In this document: positions 27,446 through 36,660 of the stretch, one piece after another
How positions within the stretch are numbered: position 1 is the stretch's first letter
Layout: every line of letters begins with the position of its first letter
Assembly (NCBI GenBank): GCA_964431835.1
Contig: CAYSKO010000001.1
Location: 42,131-106,130 of the forward strand
DNA: 64,000 nt
Direction of reading: 5' to 3'
DNA from: an uncultured Planctomycetia bacterium
GTDB lineage: Bacteria > Omnitrophota > Gorgyraeia > 2-02-FULL-51-18
Notes under the pieces: model-generated
Database searches by the model: none
What the model was told of the DNA's origin: nothing
Seen by the model: only the letters and a program-made list of their open reading frames with translations
Translations under genes and position numbers: made by a program

Positions 27446-28455
27446 AAGGAAAACAAATGATCCGAGTATCTTTTTACGATACAAAAGTGTATGACCGTGA
27501 GTATTTTAGCCGAGCAAGCGGCAGCGACCGAATCGGATGGGAGTTTCATGAGTTTTGGCTGAAAACTAAAACGGCGGTCGCCGCCGAAGGCGAGCAGGTT
27601 GTCTGTATTTTCGTGAATGACCGCGTGGACCGCGCATGTCTGGAAGCGCTGGCGCAAGTCGGCGTGAAACTCGTGGCGCTTCGCTGCGCGGGGTACAACA
27701 ACGTCGATCTAGGCGCGGCGAAAAATTTGGGGATCGCCGTGACAAGGGTGCCTTCGTATTCCCCTCACGCGGTCGCCGAACACGCGGTGGGTTTGCTCTT
27801 GACGCTGAACCGTAAGATTCACAAGGCCTATAATCGCGTCCGTGAGCTTAACTTTTCTTTGAGTGGTTTAGTGGGCTTTGACATTTACGGTAAAACGGTC
27901 GGGATTATCGGAACCGGAAAAATAGGAAGAATTACGGCACAGATTTACCGGGGTTTCGGGGCGCGAGTGCTGGCCTATGACGCGGCTCCCGCGCCGGAGT
28001 GGGCCGGTCAATTTGGAGTGGAGTACACTGACCTTAAAACGTTGTTGGCCTCAAGCGACATCATCTCTTTACATGTGCCGCTTTTTAAGGAGTTATTCCA
28101 CATGCTTAACGCGGAAACAATCGCTCAGATGAAGCCGGGGGTCTTTATTGTAAATACAAGCCGCGGCAAGCTCATCGACACGAAAGCCCTGATAAGCGCT
28201 CTTAAAGCCGGACATGTGGGCGGAGTGGCGTTGGATGTGTACGAGGAAGAAGAGGGGATCTTTTTTGAGGACCATTCCGGGCATGTGCTGAAGGATGATG
28301 ATCTATCGCGACTACTTACGTTCCCAAATGTTCTAATCACTTCTCATCAGGCTTTTTTCACTCATGAGGCGCTGACAGAGATTGCCCGCGTGACCGTCGA
28401 AAATATATTGAGATTGGAAAGCGGTCAACCGTTTTTGGAGGGGACAACGTTATGA
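27442..28455 (+). CDS. ldhA: Fermentative D-lactate dehydrogenase (D-isomer-specific 2-hydroxyacid dehydrogenase)
   Basis: It is closely collinear with E. coli LdhA: 'IFVNDRVDRACLEALAQVGVKLVALRCAGYNNVDL', the NAD fold 'GIIGTGKIGRITAQIYRGFGARVLAYD', and 'SRGKLIDTKALISALKAGHVGGVALDVYEEE...FFED'. Its ATG overlaps the upstream stop. Confidence 0.85.
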   Translation: MKGKQMIRVSFYDTKVYDREYFSRASGSDRIGWEFHEFWLKTKTAVAAEGEQVVCIFVNDRVDRACLEALAQVGVKLVALRCAGYNNVDLGAAKNLGIAVTRVPSYSPHAVAEHAVGLLLTLNRKIHKAYNRVRELNFSLSGLVGFDIYGKTVGIIGTGKIGRITAQIYRGFGARVLAYDAAPAPEWAGQFGVEYTDLKTLLASSDIISLHVPLFKELFHMLNAETIAQMKPGVFIVNTSRGKLIDTKALISALKAGHVGGVALDVYEEEEGIFFEDHSGHVLKDDDLSRLLTFPNVLITSHQAFFTHEALTEIARVTVENILRLESGQPFLEGTTL

Positions 28456-28575
28456 CGCAAATTGCACAGCAGACTCTCTTTATCAAATGGTTTGACGAGA
28501 TCAGCATAAAAGACGACGCTGCCGGTATTAGAAATGGAAAGAACGGTTTAAAATAAAACGAAAATGGGGGGTATT

Positions 28576-29521
28576 ATGAATAAAACGTTCAAGTTGCTCA
28601 TAGGGCACGATGGATCGGATGAGGCGAATGCGGCGTTGCGTGATCTAAAAAAGAGCCGGGTTACCGCATAAAGTGGAAGCGGTAGTCCTTACCGTGGCGG
28701 ACGTCATAATGCCCCGCGGTCGATATAAGGTTAGAGATGCTCCGGAATTTGTTGCTTCCGCTATTAAAAAGGCGCATACCCGCGGGATGAAAGAAATGAG
28801 TGCAGCGCACTCTTTTTCCGCGAGTGCCTGCCGTCAGCTCAAAGCTGATTTTCCCTCTTGGAAAATATCCCCTGAAGTTTCCGTGGATTCCCCCGCCTGG
28901 GGTTTGGTTAAAAAAGCGGATAAGTGGAAACCGGATTTGATTGTGGTGGGCTCCCACAGGCATTCGACGGCGGAGCGCTTCATTTTCGGCAGTGTTTCTC
29001 AGAAGGTGCTGGTTGTCGAGACAGCTTTTTCCGTGCGCGTGGGACGAGGTGGGACGGAAAATGGTATCTCGGCAGTACGTCTTATTATTGGAGTGGACGG
29101 CTCGCCTGAAAGCCAAGCCGCAGTCCATGGCGTGTCCGGGCGCTTGTGGCCAAAAGGCAGTGCGGTTCGCCTGGTAGCCGTTGTCGATGCGCGGCTTGCT
29201 ACCGAAATCGTTGTTCCGACTCCCTCCATACGCCGCTGGGTAAAAAGAAACGATCAGGATCCCCGCGCATGGGTGCATCGAATGCTTGAAAGCTTTAAGA
29301 AAAAACTAACGGACTCGGGGCTTGCCGTTTCGACGCTGGCCAAAGAAGGAGACCCGAAGCAAATTTTGCTTAAGGAAGCAGAGCGTTGGGGAGCCGATAG
29401 TATCTTTTTAGGATCAAGAGGGCTGGGCATGGTCGAGCGCGTTTTTTTTGGTAGCGTGTCTTCTGCCGTCGTGGCCCGGGCGCATTGCTCAGTCGAAGTG
29501 GTTCATTTAAAGCGAAGCTAG
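28576..29521 (+). pseudogene. Tandem universal stress protein (paralog of 21785) with a +1 frameshift in an A6 tract
   Basis: ATG 28576 gives 'MNKTFKLLIGHDGSDEANAALRDLKKSRVTA*'. The +1 frame continues with 'KRAGLPHKVEAVVLTVADV...'. This matches the paralog 'LHDLRKGGMPDEAEAFVFTVADS'. One fewer A in 'ctAAAAAAg' (about 28646-28651) would restore a single 314-aa ORF. Confidence 0.7.
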
Positions 29522-29530
29522 GGGGTCGAT

Positions 29531-31120
29531 ATGGCCGGCCTTGACCTAGCAGCCGCCTTTATTCCCGTCCTGTTTTTAATTTGGCTCATCACCAAACGCA
29601 GGGGATTGTCCGCCAGTGTCGCGTTGCCGCTGGCCGCTGCGGTTCTTTATGTCTTGCAGCTAATTTACTTTAAAGCCAGTCTGAATACTCTTCATGCCGC
29701 CGTCCTGGACGGATTGCTCACTGCCTTAACCCCGCTCTCCATTATTTGGGGAGCGATTTTTTTATTTAAGACCATGGAGCACTCAGGGGCGCTCCGCACC
29801 ATCAGTGGATGGCTGAACCAGATTACAGCTAATCGAGTGGGTCAGCTCATGATCGTAGGGTGGTCGTTTTCTTTTTTGATCGAAGGGATTAGCGGATTTG
29901 GGACTCCTGCGGTTTTGGCCGCGCCGCTCTTGGTGGGGTTGGGTTATGCCGCAGTGCCGGTCGCGGTTTTTTGTCTGATCATGAACAGCGCGCCTGTTTC
30001 GTTCGGTGCCGTGGGAACACCGGTTTGGTTTGGGTTTAGTGAGCTTAGTTTTGCCGGCGGAGAATTATTGGAGCTTGGTTTTAAAACAGCGCTTATTCAC
30101 ACGGCAGCCTCTTTGGTTATTCCTCTTTTGGCCTTGCGTCTGGTGGTTTCTTGGCAGGAGATAAAGAAGAACATTCTTTTTATTTATCTAGCCATTTTAA
30201 GTTCTGTTTTGCCGTATTTAATTTTGGCGCAATTTAGTGTCGAGTTTCCGTCTATTTTGGGAGGTCTTGTGGGGCTAGTGTCAGCGGTGATTGTGGCCAA
30301 GACGGGCTTGGGGTTGGCGCGCGAGGAATCGAAGCCACACTCCGACCGAAAGCCCATTTCGGCCGGAGCTTTAACGAAAGCGCTTTTCCCAATCTGGGCT
30401 ACCGTTCTTATTTTACTAATCTCGCACGTGCCTTATTTTGGCATACAAGAGTGGCTGGTCGAAGCATCCCCTCATTGGAGACTTAACATTGGAAGCGTGG
30501 GTGAGGTTCAAATCAGCCCATCTCTCGTTTTTCAACTGCAACATATCTTTGGCACGGAAATAAATTGGAAACACGCAGCGCTTTATGTGCCGTCCTTTCT
30601 GCCGTTTGGGCTTGTTTCGGTGATTTGTTTTGCGCTTTTTAAGATGCCAATGAAAACCATACAAAAAACATGGGAGGAGACTTGGAATCGGCTGGGTAAA
30701 GCAGTCACCGCCCTTTTGGGCGCGATGGTATTTGTAAAATTATTTATGCTGGGCGGAGAAAGCTCTTCGGCCAGCATCATCGGTCGTTCACTGGCGAATG
30801 TCGCGGGCGAAGGTTGGCAATTTGTGGCAGTTTATCTCGGCGCTTTGGGGGCGTTTTTTTCCGGGTCTAATACGGTTTCCAATCTGACTTTTGGGGGGAT
30901 ACAGGATTCCATTGCTACAAACCTTAGTCTCGATCGGACAACGATTCTTGCGCTCCAATCGGCTGGAGGGGCGATGGGGGGTATGATTTGCATTCACAAT
31001 ATCGTGGCCGTTTCGGCCGTGTTGGGATTGCACAATCAGGAAGGTTCCATCTTGAGAAAAACATTCGCGCCGATGTTGGTTTATGGTGTAATCGCTGGGT
31101 TGGTTTCAATTTTTATATAG
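29531..31120 (+). CDS. L-lactate permease (LctP family)
   Basis: It is about 529 aa with 12 or more TM segments. The LctP-type motifs are 'GFGTPAVLAAPLLVGLGY' and 'SGSNTVSNLTFGGIQ'. Confidence 0.75.
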   Translation: MAGLDLAAAFIPVLFLIWLITKRRGLSASVALPLAAAVLYVLQLIYFKASLNTLHAAVLDGLLTALTPLSIIWGAIFLFKTMEHSGALRTISGWLNQITANRVGQLMIVGWSFSFLIEGISGFGTPAVLAAPLLVGLGYAAVPVAVFCLIMNSAPVSFGAVGTPVWFGFSELSFAGGELLELGFKTALIHTAASLVIPLLALRLVVSWQEIKKNILFIYLAILSSVLPYLILAQFSVEFPSILGGLVGLVSAVIVAKTGLGLAREESKPHSDRKPISAGALTKALFPIWATVLILLISHVPYFGIQEWLVEASPHWRLNIGSVGEVQISPSLVFQLQHIFGTEINWKHAALYVPSFLPFGLVSVICFALFKMPMKTIQKTWEETWNRLGKAVTALLGAMVFVKLFMLGGESSSASIIGRSLANVAGEGWQFVAVYLGALGAFFSGSNTVSNLTFGGIQDSIATNLSLDRTTILALQSAGGAMGGMICIHNIVAVSAVLGLHNQEGSILRKTFAPMLVYGVIAGLVSIFI

Positions 31121-31235
31121 AAGAAAACGAGAATCTACACACTGGTCAGACAACAAGATTGGGCAAATGCTGAACAAAAACAAGAATGGATGATAGAAGC
31201 GGCTAGTGTTGGGCTTGGGGAGTTAAATAAAGGGA

Positions 31236-32276
31236 GTGGGGATGGGCAATGCTCCGTGGTTATATTTTTTTGTTTCTGCTACGGGTGTGATAGCGGCCGG
31301 AATGATGATCGGCCGTGTCAGCGGCGAGCTTGGAGAACGGTTGAAGCTTGGTCGTGCATGGTCCGGAGCTGTCTTGCTTTCATTCGCAACAACTTTGCCC
31401 GAACTGGCCACGATCGTGACCGTGGCTATGCGCGGCGAAGCTGGAATGGCGCTGGGCGCCGTATTCGGAAGTGTGATTTTTAACCTTTTTATTCTCGTTC
31501 TGATCGATTTTATTGATCCACAGTCGATTTACCGCAAGCTCTCTTTTGCGCATATTGGAACCGGACTCATCGGCTGTATGTTGCTGGGGCTGGCGATTAC
31601 GGGAATTGCCCTTGGGCATGCCGGTATCGGTGGAGCGCACGGGATCGGCCTGGGGCATGTTGGCATCATCTCCATAGGAATTTTTTGCCTGTATTTGCTA
31701 GGCCAGTACGCAATATTTCGCGCGGCGCAGGGTCGTGATGATCAGTCGGACCATGTAAAACTAAAGACAACCATGGACGGCTGGCCCCTTAGAAAAATCA
31801 TCCTGGCTTATGGCGGTTTGGCGTTCGTGATTGTAGTTGCGGCCTTCAATCTTGGCGTTGCCGCCGAAGGATTAGCCTCTTACTACCAGTTGGGAGCAAC
31901 GTTTGCAGGCGCGACATTGCTTGGCATTGTGACGAGTTTGCCTGAGATCACTAACGCGATCACATGTGCCCGTCAGCGGGAGCATGATCTGGCGGTCGGC
32001 AATATTTTAGGCGCAAATGCGATGGTGCTTTCCATCATTTTTATCGTGGACTTATTTTATATCAATGGAAGGTTCTTGTACGTGGTGGGACAGTCCGATG
32101 CCATCGCCTCCATTTCTATGGCCGGATTAGCGATCGTCATGCAGAGTCTCGCGATCGGAGCGTTGGCGGTCCGCAGTCAAGAGCGTGTATGGCATTTCGG
32201 TATCGTGTCGGTCCTACTAGCCATCCTGTACGGATTAAGTCTAATCATTGCGTATCACTTTTCTTCTTCGGTATGA
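31236..32276 (+). CDS. Na+/Ca2+ exchanger-family (CaCA, YrbG-like) membrane protein
   Basis: It has two alpha-repeat regions, 'GAVFGSVIFNLFILVL' and 'GNILGANAMVLSIIFIV', separated by a hydrophilic loop. Confidence 0.7.
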   Translation: MGMGNAPWLYFFVSATGVIAAGMMIGRVSGELGERLKLGRAWSGAVLLSFATTLPELATIVTVAMRGEAGMALGAVFGSVIFNLFILVLIDFIDPQSIYRKLSFAHIGTGLIGCMLLGLAITGIALGHAGIGGAHGIGLGHVGIISIGIFCLYLLGQYAIFRAAQGRDDQSDHVKLKTTMDGWPLRKIILAYGGLAFVIVVAAFNLGVAAEGLASYYQLGATFAGATLLGIVTSLPEITNAITCARQREHDLAVGNILGANAMVLSIIFIVDLFYINGRFLYVVGQSDAIASISMAGLAIVMQSLAIGALAVRSQERVWHFGIVSVLLAILYGLSLIIAYHFSSSV

Positions 32277-32332
32277 ATGGCGCGCTTTGAAAGTGACGTG
32301 AAGCTCGAGGGGACCATAGGGGGTTTAATACG

Positions 32333-34927
32333 ATGAACACAAAAATCTGGCATTCCATGGATGTGTCCGCCGCTATTCAGGAGGTGACGAGCGATGCAAA
32401 GCAAGGGTTAAGCGCCGCGGAGGCATCACTCCGCTACAAACAATACGGCCCCAACGAGCTCAGCGTCGGAAAAAAGCGCGGTCCGCTCCGGATGTTTTTT
32501 GGCCAATTCACAGACTTTATGATTGTGGTGCTTTTGACTGCAGCCATTGTTTCGGCGCTGGTTGGAGGTTTGAAGGACGCCATCGCCATTTTGGCAATTC
32601 TCGTCATCAACGCCATTATCGGGTTTGTTCAGGAATATCGGGCTGAGAAGGCCATGGAAGCGCTCAAAGCCATGGCGGCTCCGACGGCCTCTCTGATCCG
32701 GGAAGGCAAAACGGCGGTCCTCGCCGCGCGGGAGATCGTCCCGGGGGACGTGGTGCTCCTTGAAGCGGGGCGTATCGTCCCATCAGACCTGCGGCTTATC
32801 GAATCCGCTCGTTTGAAGGTCGACGAATCGGCCCTGACGGGTGAGTCGGTCCCTGTCGAAAAAATAACGGAACCCGTGGAGGGGGACTCGATTCCTCTGG
32901 GGGACAGAAAAAATATGGCTTATAAGGGAACGATCGTTACTTATGGCAGAGGCAGCGGCGTAGTAGTGGCCACCGGCATGACGACCGAGTTTGGAAAGAT
33001 CGCTACGATGCTTCAGGGGACACCGGAAGTGAAAACTCCTCTGCAAAAACGCCTGGCTCATTTGGGCAAGCGGTTGTCCGTGGCGGCGCTCTTTATCTGC
33101 GCCGCTGTATTTGTCGCGGGCATTTTACGCGGAGAGTCTTTGATCCTTATGTTTATGACGGCGGTGAGCTTGGCGGTCGCCGCGATCCCGGAGTCTCTTC
33201 CCGCGGTGGTCACCATTTCACTCGCGCTTGGCGCAAAAAAGATCGCCCAAAAGAAAGCGCTGGTGCGAAAGCTTCCAGCAGTCGAAACGCTGGGGTCCGT
33301 GACTTATATTTGCACGGACAAAACAGGCACGCTGACGCTCAATCGCATGAAAGCCGAAGTGTTCTTTTGCGGCGGCGTCGTGGAGAAGGAGCCTAAATCT
33401 CAAGGACCCTGGAATGATTTTCTAAAGGCCATGGCGCTTTGTAATGATAGTTCTATAGACAGCAAAGGAATAGTCGTTGGCGACCCGACCGAGACGGCTC
33501 TCCTGGAGGCGGCCGCTCGGGGAGGAGTGAAAAAAAGTGAGATTGAAAAAACCTATCCCCGGGTGCTGGAAATTCCGTTTGATTCGGATCGCAAACGCAT
33601 GACGACTTTCCATAAAAGTCCCGAGGGGCATTTTATTTCTTTTACGAAGGGAGCCGTGGAGGCCATAGACCCTAAGCCTGAAATCTTGGCCGCCGCGGAA
33701 AAGATGGCGGGCGAGGGACTCCGAGTACTCGCATTCGGCATGAAAAAATGGGATGCGCTCCCGGCCGAGATAAACACGGAGACGGTTGAGCGTGACCTGA
33801 CATTCCTGGGTCTGGTTGGGCTCATGGATCCGCCCCGGGAGGAAGCGCGTTTGGCGGTGGACAAATGCAAGACCGCTGGAATAGCCCCCGTCATGATCAC
33901 GGGAGACCATCCCGGCACCGCTAGAGCCATCGCCGAACGTTTGGGAATACTGGAGAAGGGCGCCGAAGTGATGACGGGAACGGAACTGGCTAAAATTTCT
34001 ATGGAAGAATTTGAAGCGCGCGTCAAAGGCATCCGGGTTTACGCGAGAGTCTCGCCCGATCAGAAACTCAAAATAGTCACGGCTTTGCAGGACAAGGGAG
34101 AGTTTGTGGCAATGACGGGCGACGGGGTTAATGACGCTCCTGCCCTCAAGAAGGCGGATATCGGCGTCGCTATGGGCATCACGGGAACGGACGTGGCCAA
34201 GGAAGCCAGCTCCATGATTCTCTTGGATGATAATTTCGCGACGATCGTCCGCGCCGTCGAAGAGGGAAGAAGGATTTACGACAACATGCGGCGGTTCATC
34301 CGTTACGCCGTGACGACCAACAGCGCGGAGGTCTGGATTATTTTTTTCGCGCCTTTTTTAGGGCTTCCCATCCCGTTTATCCCCATTCAAATCTTATGGA
34401 TCAATCTTTTGACGGACGGCTTGCCGGGGCTGGCGCTTGCCGCAGAACCGGCTGAAAAAAATGTGATGCGGCGTCCTCCTAGATCGCCTAGGGAAGGCGT
34501 ATTTGCCCAGGGGCTTGGGATTCACGTGATATGGGTGGGGCTTCTCATGGCCGCGCTCACACTTGGCGCAGAGGCTTGGTTGATACGAAAAGGGGTCGAT
34601 CATTGGCAGTCCATTATATTTACGACTCTTTGTGTGTCGCAATTGGCTCACGTGCTTTCTATTCGCTCTGAAACTGAATCACTTTTTAGACAGGGACTTT
34701 TTACAAACAAACCCCTTCTTTACACGGTACTCTTTACCTTCTTTCTCCAGATGTGCACGCTCTATGTCCCTCTTATGAACGATATATTTAAAACTAAGCC
34801 GTTGACAGCCATGGAGTTAGTCGTCGTTTGTGGGTTGTCCTCAACCGTTTTTTTTGCGGTGGAGATCGAGAAATGGATAAAAAGAAGCCGGCTTCGTTTA
34901 ACACCTGACTGCAGAAAAGGGGTATAA
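32333..34927 (+). CDS. P-type ATPase, Ca2+-transporting (type IIA/IIB-like)
   Basis: 'ICTDKTGTLT' is the phosphorylation site. The hinge is 'MTGDGVNDAPALKKADIGVAMG' and the A-domain is 'TGES'. It has the N-terminal 'Cation_ATPase_N'-like region and about 10 TM segments. Confidence 0.85.
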   Translation: MNTKIWHSMDVSAAIQEVTSDAKQGLSAAEASLRYKQYGPNELSVGKKRGPLRMFFGQFTDFMIVVLLTAAIVSALVGGLKDAIAILAILVINAIIGFVQEYRAEKAMEALKAMAAPTASLIREGKTAVLAAREIVPGDVVLLEAGRIVPSDLRLIESARLKVDESALTGESVPVEKITEPVEGDSIPLGDRKNMAYKGTIVTYGRGSGVVVATGMTTEFGKIATMLQGTPEVKTPLQKRLAHLGKRLSVAALFICAAVFVAGILRGESLILMFMTAVSLAVAAIPESLPAVVTISLALGAKKIAQKKALVRKLPAVETLGSVTYICTDKTGTLTLNRMKAEVFFCGGVVEKEPKSQGPWNDFLKAMALCNDSSIDSKGIVVGDPTETALLEAAARGGVKKSEIEKTYPRVLEIPFDSDRKRMTTFHKSPEGHFISFTKGAVEAIDPKPEILAAAEKMAGEGLRVLAFGMKKWDALPAEINTETVERDLTFLGLVGLMDPPREEARLAVDKCKTAGIAPVMITGDHPGTARAIAERLGILEKGAEVMTGTELAKISMEEFEARVKGIRVYARVSPDQKLKIVTALQDKGEFVAMTGDGVNDAPALKKADIGVAMGITGTDVAKEASSMILLDDNFATIVRAVEEGRRIYDNMRRFIRYAVTTNSAEVWIIFFAPFLGLPIPFIPIQILWINLLTDGLPGLALAAEPAEKNVMRRPPRSPREGVFAQGLGIHVIWVGLLMAALTLGAEAWLIRKGVDHWQSIIFTTLCVSQLAHVLSIRSETESLFRQGLFTNKPLLYTVLFTFFLQMCTLYVPLMNDIFKTKPLTAMELVVVCGLSSTVFFAVEIEKWIKRSRLRLTPDCRKGV

Positions 34928-34934
34928 TATTTAA

Positions 34935-36398
34935 ATGCAGGCAAACCGGTCCGATGATCCCCTGGATATTGATTTCGAGGGCATAGCCCTTCCCGCCGTA
35001 CTTTTGGGCACGGATCTCACGGTGCGCCGGTTTTCCCCCCAAGCGGAGAAAACGCTCAATCTCGTTAGCTCCGATATCAACAAGCCCATCACTGAAATCA
35101 AACTCTCTATCCAAGCTCCCGATTTGGATAAGTTGGTTTTGGCTGTGATCACTACGGGACAGGTCTTTGAAAGGGAAATTCAAGATAAAGCGGGGCGATG
35201 GTACTCCATGCGTATCCGTCCTTTTAAGAAAGAGAACGTGATAAGCGGCACGGTCATCGTCTTGGTCGACATTGACGACATCAAGAGAATCTCCGATGAT
35301 TTTAAGGAAGAGCGGGATTACTCCACCGCGATCATTGATACGCTCCGCGAACCCTTTCTGATCTTAAAAAATGATTTAACGATCGAATCCGCCAACCGGT
35401 CTTTTTATCATACTTTCGAGGCCTCTCCGGGGGGCACGCTCGGAAATGCGATCGACCAATGGTGCGATAGCATCGAATTAAAGAGCGCACTGAATGCACT
35501 TTTGCTAGAGCGTAAATCCATTAGAAATTTCGAAGTCCATCACGATTTTCCACGAATCGGATGGAAAACGCTATGTATGAACGTGCGCACCGTCCGTCCG
35601 GACAAACAAACGGACTTCATTTTTATAGGTATCGAAGACATTACCGAAAGAAGAGAAATTGAGTTGGAGCACGAGAAGACGGTCGCCGCATTGGAGCAAT
35701 TCGCTTCGGCGGCGTCCCATGACCTGAAAGCGCCGCTCCGAAAGATAATCGCTTTCGGCGAGCGCTTGAGACACGAGCTTCAGGGCGCGGGAAAGGAAAA
35801 CCTCGATAAAATGCTTGCTTCCGCCATCCGAATGAGCGTGCTCATGGAAGAGCTACTGCAATTATCGCGTCTTTCAGCGCGGCTCGAGTTGCTTGAGCCG
35901 GTAGATTTGAATGCCGTAGTGAAGGAAGTTCTTACGGATTTGGAAACGCTTATCGAAGAATCAAAAGCCGTCATCAGCGTGGAATCGCTACCTACGGTGA
36001 ATGCAAACAGCCTTCAAATGTACCAGCTTTTTCAGAACGTCATCGCGAACGCGCTGAAGTATAGGAAAGCGGATATCCCTCCGCATATTCAAATCACGAA
36101 ACAAAAACTCCCCGATGGATTTTCTCAAATAATCATCAAAGACAATGGGATCGGTTTCGATCAAAAGCAGGCCTGTGAAATCTTTAAACCCTTCGTCCGC
36201 CTTCACGGACAGAGTGAATATACCGGCACCGGATTGGGGTTGGCTGTCTGCAAGAAGATCGTCGGGCGTTATGGGGGAGACATCCAAGCGAAAAGTTCCC
36301 CGGGGCAAGGCGCCACCTTTACCATCGTGTTCCCGTTTGTGACCGACCTTTTGGAGTCGGATCTCTCCGAATTACCCATTGCGCCCGAACCCCGATAA
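34935..36398 (+). CDS. PAS-PAS-HisKA-HATPase_c sensor histidine kinase. It resembles the C-terminal module of CheB-CheR-PAS kinases.
   Basis: Its N-terminal PAS ('LTVRRFSPQAEKTLNLVSSDINKPITEIK') is homologous to the PAS of the 46422 gene. The H-box is 'FASAASHDLKAPLRKIIAFGERL'. The kinase boxes are 'DNGIGFD' and 'GTGLGLAVCKKIV'. Confidence 0.8.
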   Translation: MQANRSDDPLDIDFEGIALPAVLLGTDLTVRRFSPQAEKTLNLVSSDINKPITEIKLSIQAPDLDKLVLAVITTGQVFEREIQDKAGRWYSMRIRPFKKENVISGTVIVLVDIDDIKRISDDFKEERDYSTAIIDTLREPFLILKNDLTIESANRSFYHTFEASPGGTLGNAIDQWCDSIELKSALNALLLERKSIRNFEVHHDFPRIGWKTLCMNVRTVRPDKQTDFIFIGIEDITERREIELEHEKTVAALEQFASAASHDLKAPLRKIIAFGERLRHELQGAGKENLDKMLASAIRMSVLMEELLQLSRLSARLELLEPVDLNAVVKEVLTDLETLIEESKAVISVESLPTVNANSLQMYQLFQNVIANALKYRKADIPPHIQITKQKLPDGFSQIIIKDNGIGFDQKQACEIFKPFVRLHGQSEYTGTGLGLAVCKKIVGRYGGDIQAKSSPGQGATFTIVFPFVTDLLESDLSELPIAPEPR

Positions 36399-36449
36399 GG
36401 GCCGCTCATAACCCGAAGGGCGTGGGTTCAAATCCAACCTCCGCTGCCA
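36399..36449 (+). repeat. Partial, diverged copy of the 3' half of the tRNA-Met (anticodon loop to CCA); a putative att-site remnant
   Basis: The sequence is 'gctcataacccgaagggcgtgggttcaaatccaacctccgctgcca'. It matches 5684-5728 at about 44 of 50 positions. It is in the same orientation as the intact tRNA. No 5' half, D-arm or intact anticodon stem is present upstream. Confidence 0.6.
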
Positions 36450-36460
36450 ATAAACGCAAA

Positions 36461-36486
36461 AGCCACCAGGTTTACGCCTGGTGGCT
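36461..36486 (+). terminator. Terminator-like hairpin
   Basis: The stem is agccaccagg / cctggtggct with loop tttacg. It lies directly after the tRNA fragment and the kinase gene. Confidence 0.45.
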
Positions 36487-36660
36487 TGCTCCGGCGATCG
36501 CTCATAAGATCCAGATTCAGGGTGAGAATTCTCCGGCTTTGCGTATGTTAATGTCTAATGTGAACGCCCCATACGTGAACACGACGCAACTTCCGCTGAC
36601 AATGGGCTCCAACTTCGTCAAAGAAACATTGCTGGCTCTGAATAAAATGGTAGGACTTTC

